Assembly: GCA_037141055.1 (NCBI GenBank)
Contig: JBAXDH010000002.1
Coordinates: 17,057 to 81,056, forward strand
Reading direction: 5' to 3'
DNA length: 64,000 nucleotides
Source of the DNA: a bacterium
GTDB lineage: Bacteria; Bacteroidota; Bacteroidia; Bacteroidales; FEN-979
Translations under genes and position numbers: made by a program
Notes under the pieces: generated by a model
Told to the model about the DNA's origin: nothing
The model's input: only the letters and a program-made list of their open reading frames with translations
Database searches by the model: none
Shown: positions 37,314 through 49,530 of the stretch, piece after piece
Layout of the letters: every line of letters starts with the position of its first letter
Position numbering within the stretch: the first letter of the stretch is position 1

Positions 37314-38096
37314 TCATAAAATATGCTTGAGCAAGGCCGTAAAATTAATCAATCCGCTGATTTGAAGGATGGTCATTACTACCGAAAACACGATGACTGC
37401 CCGGATAAATACCGATCCTTTTTTCACCGCAAGGTACGAAGCGATCAAAGCCCCGATCATGCTTCCGATCGAGAGGATGATCCCGTAAAGGTAATTGACT
37501 TTCCCGTCGATGATAAATACAAGCAGGGCAAAGATCGCATAAAAAAAGACGATCAGGTTTTTTACCGCGTTGGCCTTCACCAGGTCGTACCCGATGCCAA
37601 GAACAAGCGCCATCAGCAGGAAGTAGCCCACCCCGACCTGGATAAACCCGCCATAGAAGCCAACCACGAAAAAAATTGCAAACTGCCACCATTTCAGGGT
37701 ACCGCTGAGCAACCCCGGGTTCTCCTTCAGCCACTTGTCGGGCTTGTAGAACAGGAAAAACAGCATGACGACCATGGCCGCTGCCATCGCGATTTCGATT
37801 ACGCGGGTGTTCACATCCACAGCCAGGTAAGCGCCCAGGATGGCACCGATGGTTGCCGGTATCGCCAGCCACACAGGGCGAAGCTCGGTAAACATCTTTT
37901 GCCGGGTAAAACTGCTGACGGAAGACAGGGTTTGAAAAAAAATGCTGATCCTGTTGGTTCCGTTGGCAATATTGGCCGGCAAGCCAAGCAGGAGCAGCAA
38001 TGAAAGACTGATCACGGAACCGCCTCCCGACAGGGTGTTGATGAACCCGACGAAAATCCCGGCGATGATGATGACAATAACTTCTGTAACAGACAT
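37314..38096 (-). CDS. TauE/SafE-family sulfite/anion exporter membrane protein
   Basis: 260-aa ORF with ~8 hydrophobic helices and an internally duplicated pattern with GGG..ISLSLL / G.FIQVGVGYF blocks. Confidence 0.8.
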   Translation of the reverse strand: MSVTEVIVIIIAGIFVGFINTLSGGGSVISLSLLLLLGLPANIANGTNRISIFFQTLSSVSSFTRQKMFTELRPVWLAIPATIGAILGAYLAVDVNTRVIEIAMAAAMVVMLFFLFYKPDKWLKENPGLLSGTLKWWQFAIFFVVGFYGGFIQVGVGYFLLMALVLGIGYDLVKANAVKNLIVFFYAIFALLVFIIDGKVNYLYGIILSIGSMIGALIASYLAVKKGSVFIRAVIVFSVVMTILQISGLINFTALLKHIL

Positions 38097-38112
38097 ATTA
38101 AAAAATAAAATT

Positions 38113-38136
38113 GTGAGTCGTGAGTGGTAGAGTCGT
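38113..38136. repeat. GTGAGTS-family heptamer array (about 3 units)
   Basis: gtgagtc gtgagtg gtagagtc gt, in the 42-bp spacer between the permease stop (38139) and the TauE start (38096). Confidence 0.8.
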
Positions 38137-38138
38137 TC

Positions 38139-39893
<1,755 letters not shown>

Positions 39894-39954
39894 GTGGAAA
39901 TTTTCGCTAAAGGTAATTTTTTTTCCAATGGGGCTGGTGTTGAATGAGTAAACA

Positions 39955-39980
39955 GGCGGACAGGCGGGCGGGCGGACAGG
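39955..39980. repeat. Octamer tandem array GGCGGACA-family x3.25
   Basis: ggcggaca ggcgggcg ggcggaca gg in the divergent permease/NAD(P)H-binding gene spacer. Confidence 0.85.
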
Positions 39981-40015
39981 TCTGTTTTATTTGTAACTTC
40001 GTGCAAAATTTTCCT

Positions 40016-40633
40016 ATGAAAATTGCTGTATTTGGCGCCAGCGGAAGAACCGGTATTTTAATTGTTTACCAGGCGCTTAACCTGGGCCATAGCGTTACTG
40101 CTTTTGCCCGCCAGTCGTCGAAAGTCACGATTCAGCACAAAAACCTCCGGGTGATCGAGGGCGATGTATTGGATTTTGAGAATGTGAAAACGGCTGTTGA
40201 AGGACAGGACGCGGTTTTATGTGCACTCGGCGTGGATAAAAATAAACCAGGCACCCTTTTGTCCGAGGGAACCCGGAATATCCTGAGAGCGATGGAATCG
40301 ACGGGGGTAAAGCGGTTTATCTGCATGTCGTCGGCGGGCATCCTTGGAAATGACGCCGGTTTCTGGTTCGGAAAAGTATTCATGCCTTTGTTCCTGAAGC
40401 ATGTTTTTGAAGATAAAAAACGTCAGGCAGAGGTGGTCAGGGAAAGCAACGCCGAATGGGTGATCATTCGCCCGACCGGTCTTACCGATGCACCAAAAAC
40501 CAACACGTACAAAATAAACCTTGAAATTCCCACCTCAAGGAGCATCCCCCGGGCAGATGTGGCGGATTTCATGCTCAAACTGCTTGTCGACAAAAAATAT
40601 GACGGGAAAATGCCTGCACTTTCAAGTTCATGA
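40016..40633 (+). CDS. NAD(P)H-binding (atypical SDR / flavin reductase-like) protein
   Basis: The ORF track starts at 39944 and runs through repeat 39955-39980. ATG 40016 gives the Rossmann N-terminus MKIAVFGASGRTG. Confidence 0.75.
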   Translation: MKIAVFGASGRTGILIVYQALNLGHSVTAFARQSSKVTIQHKNLRVIEGDVLDFENVKTAVEGQDAVLCALGVDKNKPGTLLSEGTRNILRAMESTGVKRFICMSSAGILGNDAGFWFGKVFMPLFLKHVFEDKKRQAEVVRESNAEWVIIRPTGLTDAPKTNTYKINLEIPTSRSIPRADVADFMLKLLVDKKYDGKMPALSSS

Positions 40634-40655
40634 GGTGCAGAATGGATCGTACTCT

Positions 40656-41447
40656 CTAAAGCATTTTATCACACAGGTCGTACAACTGATCAATTGCCGC
40701 AGGTTCTTTACAGAAGCCGCATGCCACCGGTTTCAGGTGTTCGTAATAGTTCCCGGAAACATTTCTGACTTCATCTGAAAGTGCCAGGTAAAGCGGTGTT
40801 GCGGCTCCCTCCGCCGGGGATTCGGAGCCGCCGAATCCAAAGGCGTTGCTGAGTTTTGAATTCACATCGCCCGGATGGCAGGAATTTACGGTGATGCCGT
40901 ATGGTTTCAGCCGGGTGGCGAATGCAGCAGATAGCATCCTGTTCGCCTGCTTCGCCTGCCTGTATGCCACATCGTTGTCATACGGCCGGGTTTTAAATTC
41001 CGGATCGACAGTGTTCATCCCCCCTGCCCAGTAACTGGAAACATTCACAATTCTGGCATTCGCCTGGCCTCCCATGAATGGATGAAAATACCTCATCATC
41101 CAAAAATATCCCAGGACATTGGTAGCCCATTGTACTTCGATCCCTTCCGTGGTTTCGGCCCTCCGGCGGGGTGCCGTCGCAGCGTTGTTAACCAGCAGGT
41201 GCAGCGGCCCATCCCATCTCCGGCTGAATTCCCGGATTTGAGAATGAAGGCCAAGATCAACAACTTCATAAAAAATTTCCGGGTTGGATGTCCGGTGTAT
41301 CAGCGCGGCTTGCGTCTTTTCAAGCAGGGACCTGTCCCGGCCGGCCAGCGTAACCCGGTATCCTGCCGCTGCGACTCCCGCGGCAATGGCCTGTCCGATG
41401 GCTCCATATGCACCGGTAACGATTGCAGTTTTCCTGTTCATATTCAC
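40656..41447 (-). CDS. Short-chain dehydrogenase/reductase (classical SDR)
   Basis: 263-aa ORF with TGAYGAIG cofactor motif, NNAA, and a Y..AK catalytic pair (YRQAKQAN). Confidence 0.85.
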   Translation of the reverse strand: MNMNRKTAIVTGAYGAIGQAIAAGVAAAGYRVTLAGRDRSLLEKTQAALIHRTSNPEIFYEVVDLGLHSQIREFSRRWDGPLHLLVNNAATAPRRRAETTEGIEVQWATNVLGYFWMMRYFHPFMGGQANARIVNVSSYWAGGMNTVDPEFKTRPYDNDVAYRQAKQANRMLSAAFATRLKPYGITVNSCHPGDVNSKLSNAFGFGGSESPAEGAATPLYLALSDEVRNVSGNYYEHLKPVACGFCKEPAAIDQLYDLCDKML

Positions 41448-41629
41448 CGCTTTAGATATTCCCCAAAGTTACAGACAACTTTTTTGATTAAAAAAGTATC
41501 TTTACAATGAATCTTGGCAGGTTTGCAATCGCAAAGCTGCTTAGATTCAGTTATACTGAGCGTTTGAGTTTGCTTTTCTTTGCAAACTCAAGTAGCCGAA
41601 GTATATAATGGATTCTTAAATTTACGGCA

Positions 41630-44137
41630 ATGAAAAAAATACACCTGCTGATTATCTGTCTCGGTTGCTTTTGCCTGGCACAAGGCCAGCCGGCATCATT
41701 CGTTCCCCATGGTGCAGGAGGCGGAGGTGCCCTGTTTTTCCCTTCGATCAACCCGGCGAATGATGATGAATTCTACATCAGCTGCGACATGAGTGAACTG
41801 TTTCACTCCGTTGATTTCGGTAATTCCTACAGCCAGGTTCCGTTTTCAAAACTCCAGGTTTTCAACACCTCTACCTGGGAATTCACCATGAATCCTTCCA
41901 TTGCCTATTCCATTCACAACGACGGAAACCAGGGTTATCCCGTTAAAACCATCGACGGAGGCAATTCGTGGTCCATGCTTCCCGGGTATGATCCAAATCT
42001 TGGCCAGGTATACACGATCCGCGCCAATTACGACAATCCGGGCCAGTTCATCATGGGTTATTACGGCGACCTGGTGATTTCCGGTGACGGGGGAGTAACC
42101 TGCACGCTCATCAAACATGCCGCCAACATGGGTGCCGGCATCATCCTGGGCGGGGTGGTCTATGACGGCAGTAACATCTATATCGGGACAAATGAAGGAA
42201 TTTTTCACTCCGGGAACAGTGGCGGTTCATTCTCCCTGATTCCAATGACGGGGATTCCGGCCGGGCAGGTAATCTGGAACTTCACTGGCGCCAGGGTGGG
42301 CGGCACCCTGCGGTTTTACTGCATTTCGGGCAATATTGGCGACACCTACAACGGACTGATGCCCTGGGATTATTACAATTTTGCAAAAGGAGTGTATTCC
42401 ATGGATAATGCCTCCGGCGCATGGGTGCCCAAAATGGCCGGCATTGATTTTGCCAACGATTTTATCATGTATGCCGGCATGGCAAAAACCAGTATCAGTA
42501 CGATTTACCTGGCTGGCAATGATCATGCATTGAATGCGCCCCTCGTTTACAAATCAACCGATGCCGGGATTACCTGGGTGAAGGTATTCAAAAGCACCGG
42601 CAATCAGAATATTGCAACAGGCTGGTGCGGTTATGGTGGCGACAAAAACTGGAGCTGGGCGGAAACATGCTTCGGGATCACGGTTGCGCCGGCAAATCCG
42701 GAAAAAGTTGTGTTTGGTGATTTCGGCTTCGTACACAAAACAACCAACGGAGGTGATTCATGGCAGCAGGCTTATGTAAGCACAGCGGACCAGCACCCGG
42801 CCGGCCAGTCTACGCCGGTCAAACTGCCGTATCACAGCATCGGGCTTGAGAATACCACGTGCTGGCAGGTTTACTGGGTTTCGCCCGCCAATATATTCGC
42901 TGCATTTTCCGATATCGGCGGTATCCGCAGCGCCGACAGCGGCCTGACCTGGGGGTTCAATTACACCGGTTTCTCCGTCAATTCGCTTTACCGGATCGCG
43001 GGATTGCCCGACGGAACCATTTTTGCCGCAACTTCACGCATTCATGACCTCTACCAGAGCACCCGCCTGCGCGATGCGCTGCTCGACGTTTCCGATGCAT
43101 CCGGAAACATTTATTATTCCAAGGATGGCGGTTCCAGCTGGGCTTTACTGCATGCCTTCGGGCACCCGGTCTTCTGGATAAAACCCGATCCGGGCAACCC
43201 GGACAGGATGTATGCAAGTGTGGTTCATTATGGCGGCGGCGGCGCTTCCAGCCAGGGCGGAATCTGGATGACCGACAACCTGCAATCGCTGGGTTCCTCC
43301 TCCTGGACGCACCTGCCTGCTCCTCCGCGCACCGAAGGGCATCCTGCCTCCATCGAAGTTCTGGCCGACGGAAAAATGGTCTGTACATTCTCAGGGAGGA
43401 TCAACCCGGCCGGATCTTTCACCCCCAGCTCCGGCGTTTTCATGTACGATCCTGCCGCAGGATCATGGACGGATGTGAGTGACCCGAACATGTACTACTG
43501 GACCAAAGACATCATCATCGACCCCTCCGACCCGGTTCAGAATACCTGGTACGCCGGTGTTTTCAGCGGATGGGGTGGTGCGCCGAACGGGAAAGGCGGA
43601 CTTTATAAAACAACGAACCGCGGGGCGTCGTGGGTAAAATTAACCGGCAGCCAGTTCGACCGTGTCACTTCCCTGACATTCAATCCGCAAACACTTTCGC
43701 AGGGATATCTCACCACGGAAACACAGGGCCTTTGGGCAAGTATGAACATGAATGCCGCCATCCCGGCCTGGACCCTTGTCGAAAGCTACCCATTCAGGCA
43801 ACCCGAGCGGGTATTTTTCAACCCGTTCAATGCCAATGAAATGTGGGTCACAAGTTTTGGCAATGGAATGAAGTCGGGGTTAATGAATTCTACGTTCATC
43901 GACGAAAAGTCACCTGCCAATGCCGGATTTTCCGTTATTCCAAATCCGTTTTCAGAGGAATTCCTGGTAAAAGCAAAAACTTCGGGAAATTATTTCGAAG
44001 TGATAAACAGCCTCGGCATTCCGATGGAATCGGGAGTGATTGAAAACGGGTCAGCCATGGTTTCAACCTCCCGATGGCCGCATGGAGTATACCTGGTGCG
44101 AATTTCGGGGAAGACCGTGAAGGCAGTAAAATATTAG
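41630..44137 (+). CDS. Secreted Asp-box (BNR) beta-propeller protein with T9SS C-terminal domain
   Basis: 835-aa ORF with a signal peptide, at least 6 Asp-boxes (STDAGITW, TIDGGNSW, TTNGGDSW, SADSGLTW, SKDGGSSW, TTNRGASW) and a CTD (VIPNPFSEEFLV...GVYLVRI). Confidence 0.7.
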   Translation: MKKIHLLIICLGCFCLAQGQPASFVPHGAGGGGALFFPSINPANDDEFYISCDMSELFHSVDFGNSYSQVPFSKLQVFNTSTWEFTMNPSIAYSIHNDGNQGYPVKTIDGGNSWSMLPGYDPNLGQVYTIRANYDNPGQFIMGYYGDLVISGDGGVTCTLIKHAANMGAGIILGGVVYDGSNIYIGTNEGIFHSGNSGGSFSLIPMTGIPAGQVIWNFTGARVGGTLRFYCISGNIGDTYNGLMPWDYYNFAKGVYSMDNASGAWVPKMAGIDFANDFIMYAGMAKTSISTIYLAGNDHALNAPLVYKSTDAGITWVKVFKSTGNQNIATGWCGYGGDKNWSWAETCFGITVAPANPEKVVFGDFGFVHKTTNGGDSWQQAYVSTADQHPAGQSTPVKLPYHSIGLENTTCWQVYWVSPANIFAAFSDIGGIRSADSGLTWGFNYTGFSVNSLYRIAGLPDGTIFAATSRIHDLYQSTRLRDALLDVSDASGNIYYSKDGGSSWALLHAFGHPVFWIKPDPGNPDRMYASVVHYGGGGASSQGGIWMTDNLQSLGSSSWTHLPAPPRTEGHPASIEVLADGKMVCTFSGRINPAGSFTPSSGVFMYDPAAGSWTDVSDPNMYYWTKDIIIDPSDPVQNTWYAGVFSGWGGAPNGKGGLYKTTNRGASWVKLTGSQFDRVTSLTFNPQTLSQGYLTTETQGLWASMNMNAAIPAWTLVESYPFRQPERVFFNPFNANEMWVTSFGNGMKSGLMNSTFIDEKSPANAGFSVIPNPFSEEFLVKAKTSGNYFEVINSLGIPMESGVIENGSAMVSTSRWPHGVYLVRISGKTVKAVKY

Positions 44138-44214
44138 CCGATCCGGTTTATTTGAATTTTCCGGAGCCTGATAATTTCGTACCTTGCAGCATTAACCATT
44201 AAACCGGTTCTGCC

Positions 44215-44604
44215 ATGAAAACAAGCATCAAAATTTTCCATTGGATTCCCAGAATATTCTGCATCCTGGCTATTTTATTCGTCAGTTTGTTTGCCCTGGA
44301 TTCATTCGCCCCCGGAATACCGCTCTGGCAGCAGATCGGGGGATTTTTCATGCACCTCATCCCGACATTCGTACTCATCCTTTTCCTGATCGTGGCCTGG
44401 AAGTGGGAACTGATCGGAGGAATTATGTATGTGATCATCGGCCTGGGATTGCTGCCGTTTGTTTACATGATGAACTACCAGATGAATCATTCTATATGGA
44501 TGAGCCTGAGCGTGGTGCTCATGATCAATTTCCCGTTTGTCATGGCTGGAATCCTGTTCATTCTCAGTCACTTTCTTAAACGGAAAAACGCCAAAGTCTC
44601 CTGA
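44215..44604 (+). CDS. Small integral membrane protein, unknown function
   Basis: 129-aa ORF with four predicted hydrophobic helices and no recognisable motif. Confidence 0.5.
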   Translation: MKTSIKIFHWIPRIFCILAILFVSLFALDSFAPGIPLWQQIGGFFMHLIPTFVLILFLIVAWKWELIGGIMYVIIGLGLLPFVYMMNYQMNHSIWMSLSVVLMINFPFVMAGILFILSHFLKRKNAKVS

Positions 44605-44608
44605 AGTA

Positions 44609-46528
44609 TTATTCAGCGGTTTCTGCCCCGGCTGACAAGACTTTCAACACTGCGTCAACAATTCCCCCGGCATCGAACCCGCATTCATGATGCAGTTCTG
44701 CGACAGATCCCTGTTCGATAAAAAGATCAGGCACGCCGAGACGCTGTACCTGGGCAGAATACCCGTTATCGGACATGAATTCAAGAATTGCTGAACCCAT
44801 TCCTCCCATTACGGATCCATCTTCCACGGTGATGATCATGGTAAATTTTCTGAATACTTCATGGAGCATCGGCTGGTCCAAAGGTTTCAGAAAGCGCAGG
44901 TCAAAATGTGCGACGGAATGGCCCGCCTTTTCCAGGATGGCACATGCCTCGACCGCATAGTTTCCGACATGCCCGAGGCTGATGACCGCAATATCTTTGC
45001 CGTCGCATATCATTCTTCCCTTCCCGATTTCAAGGGGCATCATCGGCGTTTTCCATTGAGGCATGACGCCCCTCCCCTTCGGATACCTGATGGCAAACGG
45101 GCCCGCGTCTTTCAACTGCGCGGTGAACATCATGTTGCGAAGTTCTTCTTCGTTCATGGGAGAAGCCACAACGATGTTCGGAATGCAGCGAAGATAGGCA
45201 AGATCATAGGCCCCATGGTGCGTGGCTCCGTCTTCGCCCACCAGTCCCCCGCGATCGAGACAAAACACCACGTTAAGATTCTGCAGGACAACATCGTGAA
45301 TCAGCTGGTCATACCCGCGCTGCATGAATGTGGAGTAAATGTTGCAGAATGGCACAAACCCCGAAGCAGCCATCCCGGCGCTGAATGTAACTGCATGCTG
45401 CTCGGCGATTCCGACGTCAAAAGTCCTGTCGGGCATTTTCACCATCATCAGGTTAAGGGAACAGCCAGTTGACATGGCAGGGGTCACCCCGACAATCTTT
45501 GGATTAGCCTCGGCAAGTTCAATGATAGTGCGGCCAAAAACGGTCTGGTATTTCGGTGCCAGCCCGTGGCATTTATCCTCTTTGATCGTTCCTGTTGTTT
45601 TGTCGAACACACCGGGGGCGTGATAAACCGTCTGGTCCTTTTCGGCTTTTTCGAACCCCTTTCCCTTCACCGTGTGAATATGAAGCAGTTTAGGGCCTTT
45701 GATGACGTTCATATCCGTTAACAGCTTCACCAGCCTGATCACGTCATTCCCGTCCACGGGGCCGAAATACCGGAGGTTAAAGGCTTCGAAAAGATTGCCG
45801 CTTTTGAGCAGGGTGGTCTTTACGGCATTCCCCAGCTGTTTGACAATGGCCCTGGAATTTTTACCATATTTTGTACCACCTCCCATCAGCAGCCAGATCT
45901 TGTCGCGAAGCTTGTTATAGGTACGGGATGTTACGATATCAGCAAGGTAATCCTTGATGGCCCCCACATTTTTGTCGATGGCGATCTGGTTGTCATTGAG
46001 GATTACCATGAGGTTGGCATTCGAAACCCCGGCATTGTTGAGGGCTTCCATGGCCATGCCGCCGGTCATCGCACCATCGCCGATAATGGCAACGTGATGT
46101 CGGTTGGTTTGCCCGCTCAGTTTGGCGGCCACCGCCATTCCCAGGGCTGCAGAGATGGATGTGGAAGAATGACCTACTCCGAATGCATCGTATTCGCTTT
46201 CCGACATCTTCGGAAATCCGCTGATTCCCTTGTGGGTGCGGATGGTTGCAAACCGTTCTTTTCTCCCCGTAAGAATTTTATGCGCATATGCCTGGTGCCC
46301 GACGTCCCAGATAATTTTGTCGAAAGGTGCATCGTACACGTAATGCAGCGCAACGGCCAGTTCTACCGCGCCAAGGCTTGCCCCGAGATGGCCGGGGTTG
46401 ACCGACATCACCTCAATGATAAACTGCCTGATCTCCTCACAAAGGGCAGGAAGTTCATCCAGTTTGAGTTTTCTGAGGTCCGACGGGTAGTTGATGCCTG
46501 TTAACAATGGTCCAGTAAGCGGAGTCAT
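44609..46528 (-). CDS. dxs: 1-deoxy-D-xylulose-5-phosphate synthase
   Basis: 639-aa ORF with GHQAYAHKILTGR, the ThDP motif IGDGAMTGGMAMEALN and a transketolase-like C-terminal half. Confidence 0.93.
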   Translation of the reverse strand: MTPLTGPLLTGINYPSDLRKLKLDELPALCEEIRQFIIEVMSVNPGHLGASLGAVELAVALHYVYDAPFDKIIWDVGHQAYAHKILTGRKERFATIRTHKGISGFPKMSESEYDAFGVGHSSTSISAALGMAVAAKLSGQTNRHHVAIIGDGAMTGGMAMEALNNAGVSNANLMVILNDNQIAIDKNVGAIKDYLADIVTSRTYNKLRDKIWLLMGGGTKYGKNSRAIVKQLGNAVKTTLLKSGNLFEAFNLRYFGPVDGNDVIRLVKLLTDMNVIKGPKLLHIHTVKGKGFEKAEKDQTVYHAPGVFDKTTGTIKEDKCHGLAPKYQTVFGRTIIELAEANPKIVGVTPAMSTGCSLNLMMVKMPDRTFDVGIAEQHAVTFSAGMAASGFVPFCNIYSTFMQRGYDQLIHDVVLQNLNVVFCLDRGGLVGEDGATHHGAYDLAYLRCIPNIVVASPMNEEELRNMMFTAQLKDAGPFAIRYPKGRGVMPQWKTPMMPLEIGKGRMICDGKDIAVISLGHVGNYAVEACAILEKAGHSVAHFDLRFLKPLDQPMLHEVFRKFTMIITVEDGSVMGGMGSAILEFMSDNGYSAQVQRLGVPDLFIEQGSVAELHHECGFDAGGIVDAVLKVLSAGAETAE

Positions 46529-46537
46529 GTTGTGGTT

Positions 46538-46885
46538 TTATAGTAAGCCAAGTTCCAGGAGCGCGGATTCCGAAAGCATATCCTTGTCCCAGGGAGGTTC
46601 GAAGGTGAGTTCAACTTTCACCTCACCGACACCCTCCACCATCTTGACCGATTCGCGTACCTGCATGGGCATATCTTCAGCCACGGGGCAGTTGGGCGTG
46701 GTGAGGGTCATCAGGATATTCACATCATTGGTTTGCTCATCTATCTGCAGATTGTAGATCAATCCCATGTCATAAATGTTCACGGGGATTTCCGGGTCAA
46801 AAACCGACCTGAGTGCTGCGATGATTTTTGCCTCAAACGGGCTGTGATGAACTTGATTGCTGGATTCCACGATTTTTTTTTGCAA
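46538..46885 (-). CDS. DUF59 (SufT/MIP18-like) Fe-S cluster assembly protein
   Basis: 115-aa ORF with VFDPEIPVNIYDMGLIY and TLTTPNCPVAE blocks characteristic of DUF59. Confidence 0.8.
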   Translation of the reverse strand: MQKKIVESSNQVHHSPFEAKIIAALRSVFDPEIPVNIYDMGLIYNLQIDEQTNDVNILMTLTTPNCPVAEDMPMQVRESVKMVEGVGEVKVELTFEPPWDKDMLSESALLELGLL

Positions 46886-46933
46886 AGATAAAGCAATTAT
46901 GATTGACGAGCGGAGGATTCGCCAACAGACTTT

Positions 46934-47380
46934 CTATCTATTCAGTATAATCGGGCTGTTGACATCGCATACCGGCGGGCAAGGGCTCAGGCTCTGCGTA
47001 TCGGTGCTGTATATGGTGTTGCCGACTGCATCATTGCCGGCATTGTCGATCCCGACAACAATTCCGATCCTGTTCGAATTATTATCCTTTCCCATGTATA
47101 TCCTGAACCCGGTAAGACTTGCGTTTTCTGCCGCAATGCTGTTCATCGCACTCAGCTGGGCTTTGTCAATGGTAAACCCTTTGATCACCTGGTTGTACGC
47201 CGTCGCACCCGACAAATAATTGTTAAAGTAGCTGTGAGCCACGGCAGATGTAAGAGGGGTTATCCCCGGGGAAGGCATCGCCGGCGCACTTGTAAACGAC
47301 ATGAAACCGATGATCGAGATTCCGGAAACCATTCCCGTTAAAAACACCAGTGCCGTGAAAAAATATTTCTTTGTTTTCAT
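46934..47380 (-). CDS. Hypothetical membrane-anchored/secreted protein
   Basis: The ORF extends to 47428. ATG 47380 (MKTKKYFFTALVFLTG...) gives a signal/anchor. No recognisable domain. Confidence 0.45.
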   Translation of the reverse strand: MKTKKYFFTALVFLTGMVSGISIIGFMSFTSAPAMPSPGITPLTSAVAHSYFNNYLSGATAYNQVIKGFTIDKAQLSAMNSIAAENASLTGFRIYMGKDNNSNRIGIVVGIDNAGNDAVGNTIYSTDTQSLSPCPPVCDVNSPIILNR

Positions 47381-47508
47381 ATGATTTTTTATTTGGAATT
47401 GATTTAAATTAATATTAATTTTGCTCAAAGATAGTTGTTTATGATAAAATCACATAATTTTTTTTAGAAAAATTAACATAATTCATAATCATTAATTCCG
47501 GTGATCGG

Positions 47509-49335
47509 GTGGAAATTGTGAAAGAAAATTCAAAGGGCTTCCTTGCATTCCTGCTGCTGTTTATATTCCCGGTATCGGTACTCTACAGCCACGTCGATCA
47601 GGCCGGATATACCAGGATCTTGATTTCAGAGATCAGGGCCGCCGGGAACGACAGTGTGAAAATCAGCAAACTCGGCAGCCTTGCCTTCTTTTACCTCGAC
47701 TATGCCGGCAATGGCCGTTTAGCCGACAGTGTCAGCGAAACAGCCATCCGGCTTGCCGAGAAAAGTCACCGGCCCGAATTGCTGTTCCTTGCATATAACA
47801 TCTACGCCGAATCGAACGATCTGCACGAATTCAACCGGAAGGCGCTTGGCTATGCGTTGAAGGCGGAACAGATTCAGTTCAACGCAAAAAGTCCGGAACA
47901 GGTATTCCGTAATGATAAAAACCTGGTATCCGTTTTTCTGGCGGGCTACGGGTTCGACAAAGCCCTGGAGTACAGTTACAAGATGCTTTCGATAGCAGGA
48001 ACCTTGGAAAATGTTGAATTAAAGGCGGAAAGTTATCTCTCCATCGGGCAAAGCCTTGAAGGTAAAAGTCAGAAAGTTGAAGCCTTCCGAAACTACCTGA
48101 ACGCCGCAAGCCTTGCCGACAGGTCAGGCAACCTGGATTTAAGAATCATCTGCTGTTCCAGGCTGTCGGATTTCTACAACTTCAATAAGTTATACGACAA
48201 GGCTACCCGCTATAAATTGGTGCAGCGCGATCTGATTGTCAGGAACATGCCCGTAGATTCGGTTGCGCTGATGTGGGCGGAATATGAACTGCAGGTAATC
48301 GACCTCAATTCGAACTATAACGAGCTGTATGAAGGAAACATGAAGACCATTCTTGATTTCGCCGTGAGAAACAACCACAGGAGGATGCTGAACTATGAGA
48401 TTGCGCTGATTCGCACGCATTACATTGAAGCGAACAAAATAGTCCTACTGCATGATTTTTATTACAAAAAATTCCCGGGAGAACTTGCAAGGCTTTCTTC
48501 AGACAATCCCGCACTGTTTTTCCGGCTCAAGGCGTTTTTTTGCGAAGAGGAGCACATGCCTGATTCTGCGCTCTATTATTTCACCCTGGCCGAAACAAGA
48601 TTGCAATCCGATGCGAATCCGATCCTTCAATCGAAATTTTATTCCCGCTTCGGGCAGTTCCTCGTTCGGCACGGCTTCAGGGACAAAGCTATCGGGGCAT
48701 TTACAAAATCGATGGAGCTTGCCAGAACTGCATCCTATATTGAATACATGCTGGGCGCAGCCAAACAGCTTGAAGAATTGTACGCGGGCAAAGGAGATTA
48801 TAAAAATGCGTTCGCTTACTCCGTGTTAAACAAAGCGTTAAACGACAGCATCAGCAACATGTCGAAAAAGGATCAGTTGCTGATCATGGAAATCGACCAT
48901 GAAACCAGGCAGCGGGACCTTGCCTTTGAGCTGGAAAAACAGTCCACCGCAAGGAGGCACTATCTGCAATATACCGCCATGACCATCGGGATCCTGACCG
49001 TGTTTGTCATTCTGATCATGCTGGGCAGTTTAAAAGTTCCCGAATGGATCATCCGGATGCTGGGATTCTTCTCCTTTATCTTTCTGTTTGAATTCATTGT
49101 TTTGCTGGCTGACAAGATGATTGAAGAGATTACCCATGGCGAGCCCTGGAAAATACTGCTTATCAAGATATTCCTCATCGGAATCCTTCTTCCCCTTCAT
49201 CACAGCATTGAAAAGCGTGTCATCACGTACCTGCTTAACCACAAACTGATCAATATTCCCGGCTTTTCGATGGTAAAGAGGTTCAGGGCGCGGGGGAAGA
49301 AGAAGAAGTTAACGGGTGAAAAGGTGACAGGGTAA
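47509..49335 (+). CDS. TPR-like repeat protein with C-terminal transmembrane helices
   Basis: 608-aa ORF with a GTG start per the ORF track. It has N-terminal signal-like and helical repeat regions and three to four hydrophobic helices near the C-terminus. Its last codons and TAA stop (49333-49335) lie inside octamer array 49323-49410. Confidence 0.6.
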   Translation: MEIVKENSKGFLAFLLLFIFPVSVLYSHVDQAGYTRILISEIRAAGNDSVKISKLGSLAFFYLDYAGNGRLADSVSETAIRLAEKSHRPELLFLAYNIYAESNDLHEFNRKALGYALKAEQIQFNAKSPEQVFRNDKNLVSVFLAGYGFDKALEYSYKMLSIAGTLENVELKAESYLSIGQSLEGKSQKVEAFRNYLNAASLADRSGNLDLRIICCSRLSDFYNFNKLYDKATRYKLVQRDLIVRNMPVDSVALMWAEYELQVIDLNSNYNELYEGNMKTILDFAVRNNHRRMLNYEIALIRTHYIEANKIVLLHDFYYKKFPGELARLSSDNPALFFRLKAFFCEEEHMPDSALYYFTLAETRLQSDANPILQSKFYSRFGQFLVRHGFRDKAIGAFTKSMELARTASYIEYMLGAAKQLEELYAGKGDYKNAFAYSVLNKALNDSISNMSKKDQLLIMEIDHETRQRDLAFELEKQSTARRHYLQYTAMTIGILTVFVILIMLGSLKVPEWIIRMLGFFSFIFLFEFIVLLADKMIEEITHGEPWKILLIKIFLIGILLPLHHSIEKRVITYLLNHKLINIPGFSMVKRFRARGKKKKLTGEKVTG

Positions 49336-49410
49336 CAGGGGAACAGGGTAACAAGGTAACAGGGTAACAGGGTAACAGGGTAACAGGGTAACAGGGTAAC
49401 AGAGTGACGG
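49323..49410. repeat. Octamer tandem array GGTAACAG x11
   Basis: ggtgacag ggtaacag gggaacag ggtaacaa, then ggtaacag x6, then agtgacgg. The second unit provides the TAA stop of the TPR-like gene. Confidence 0.95.
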
Positions 49411-49460
49411 GGGAGCCGGCAAACTGATGACTATTGTATAATCCTGTGCCCTTGATCCCG

Positions 49461-49494
49461 TTCACTTGTCACTTGTCACTTGTCACGTTGTCAC
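49461..49494. repeat. Heptamer tandem array TTGTCAC x4 (reverse complement of the GTGACAA family)
   Basis: ttcac ttgtcac ttgtcac ttgtcac g ttgtcac. Same family as the hairpin arms at 5986-6051. Confidence 0.9.
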
Positions 49495-49530
49495 TAAATA
49501 TCAATCATTCACAAATAAACCATACTGCAT

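Noticed and set aside
41521-41592. Hairpins in the divergent SDR/propeller spacer (ttgagtttgc-N8-gcaaactcaa at 41564-41591, and tttgc-aatc-gcaaa), considered as a possible riboswitch or regulatory RNA.
   Set aside because: No recognisable riboswitch consensus is present. A 10-bp stem alone is not enough to call an RNA element.
49283-49465. A 60-aa minus-strand ORF with the repetitive peptide PVTLLPCYPVTLLPCY.
   Set aside because: It is simply the translation of the GGTAACAG octamer array. Its periodicity of 8 nt gives a 24-nt peptide repeat, and nothing else supports coding.
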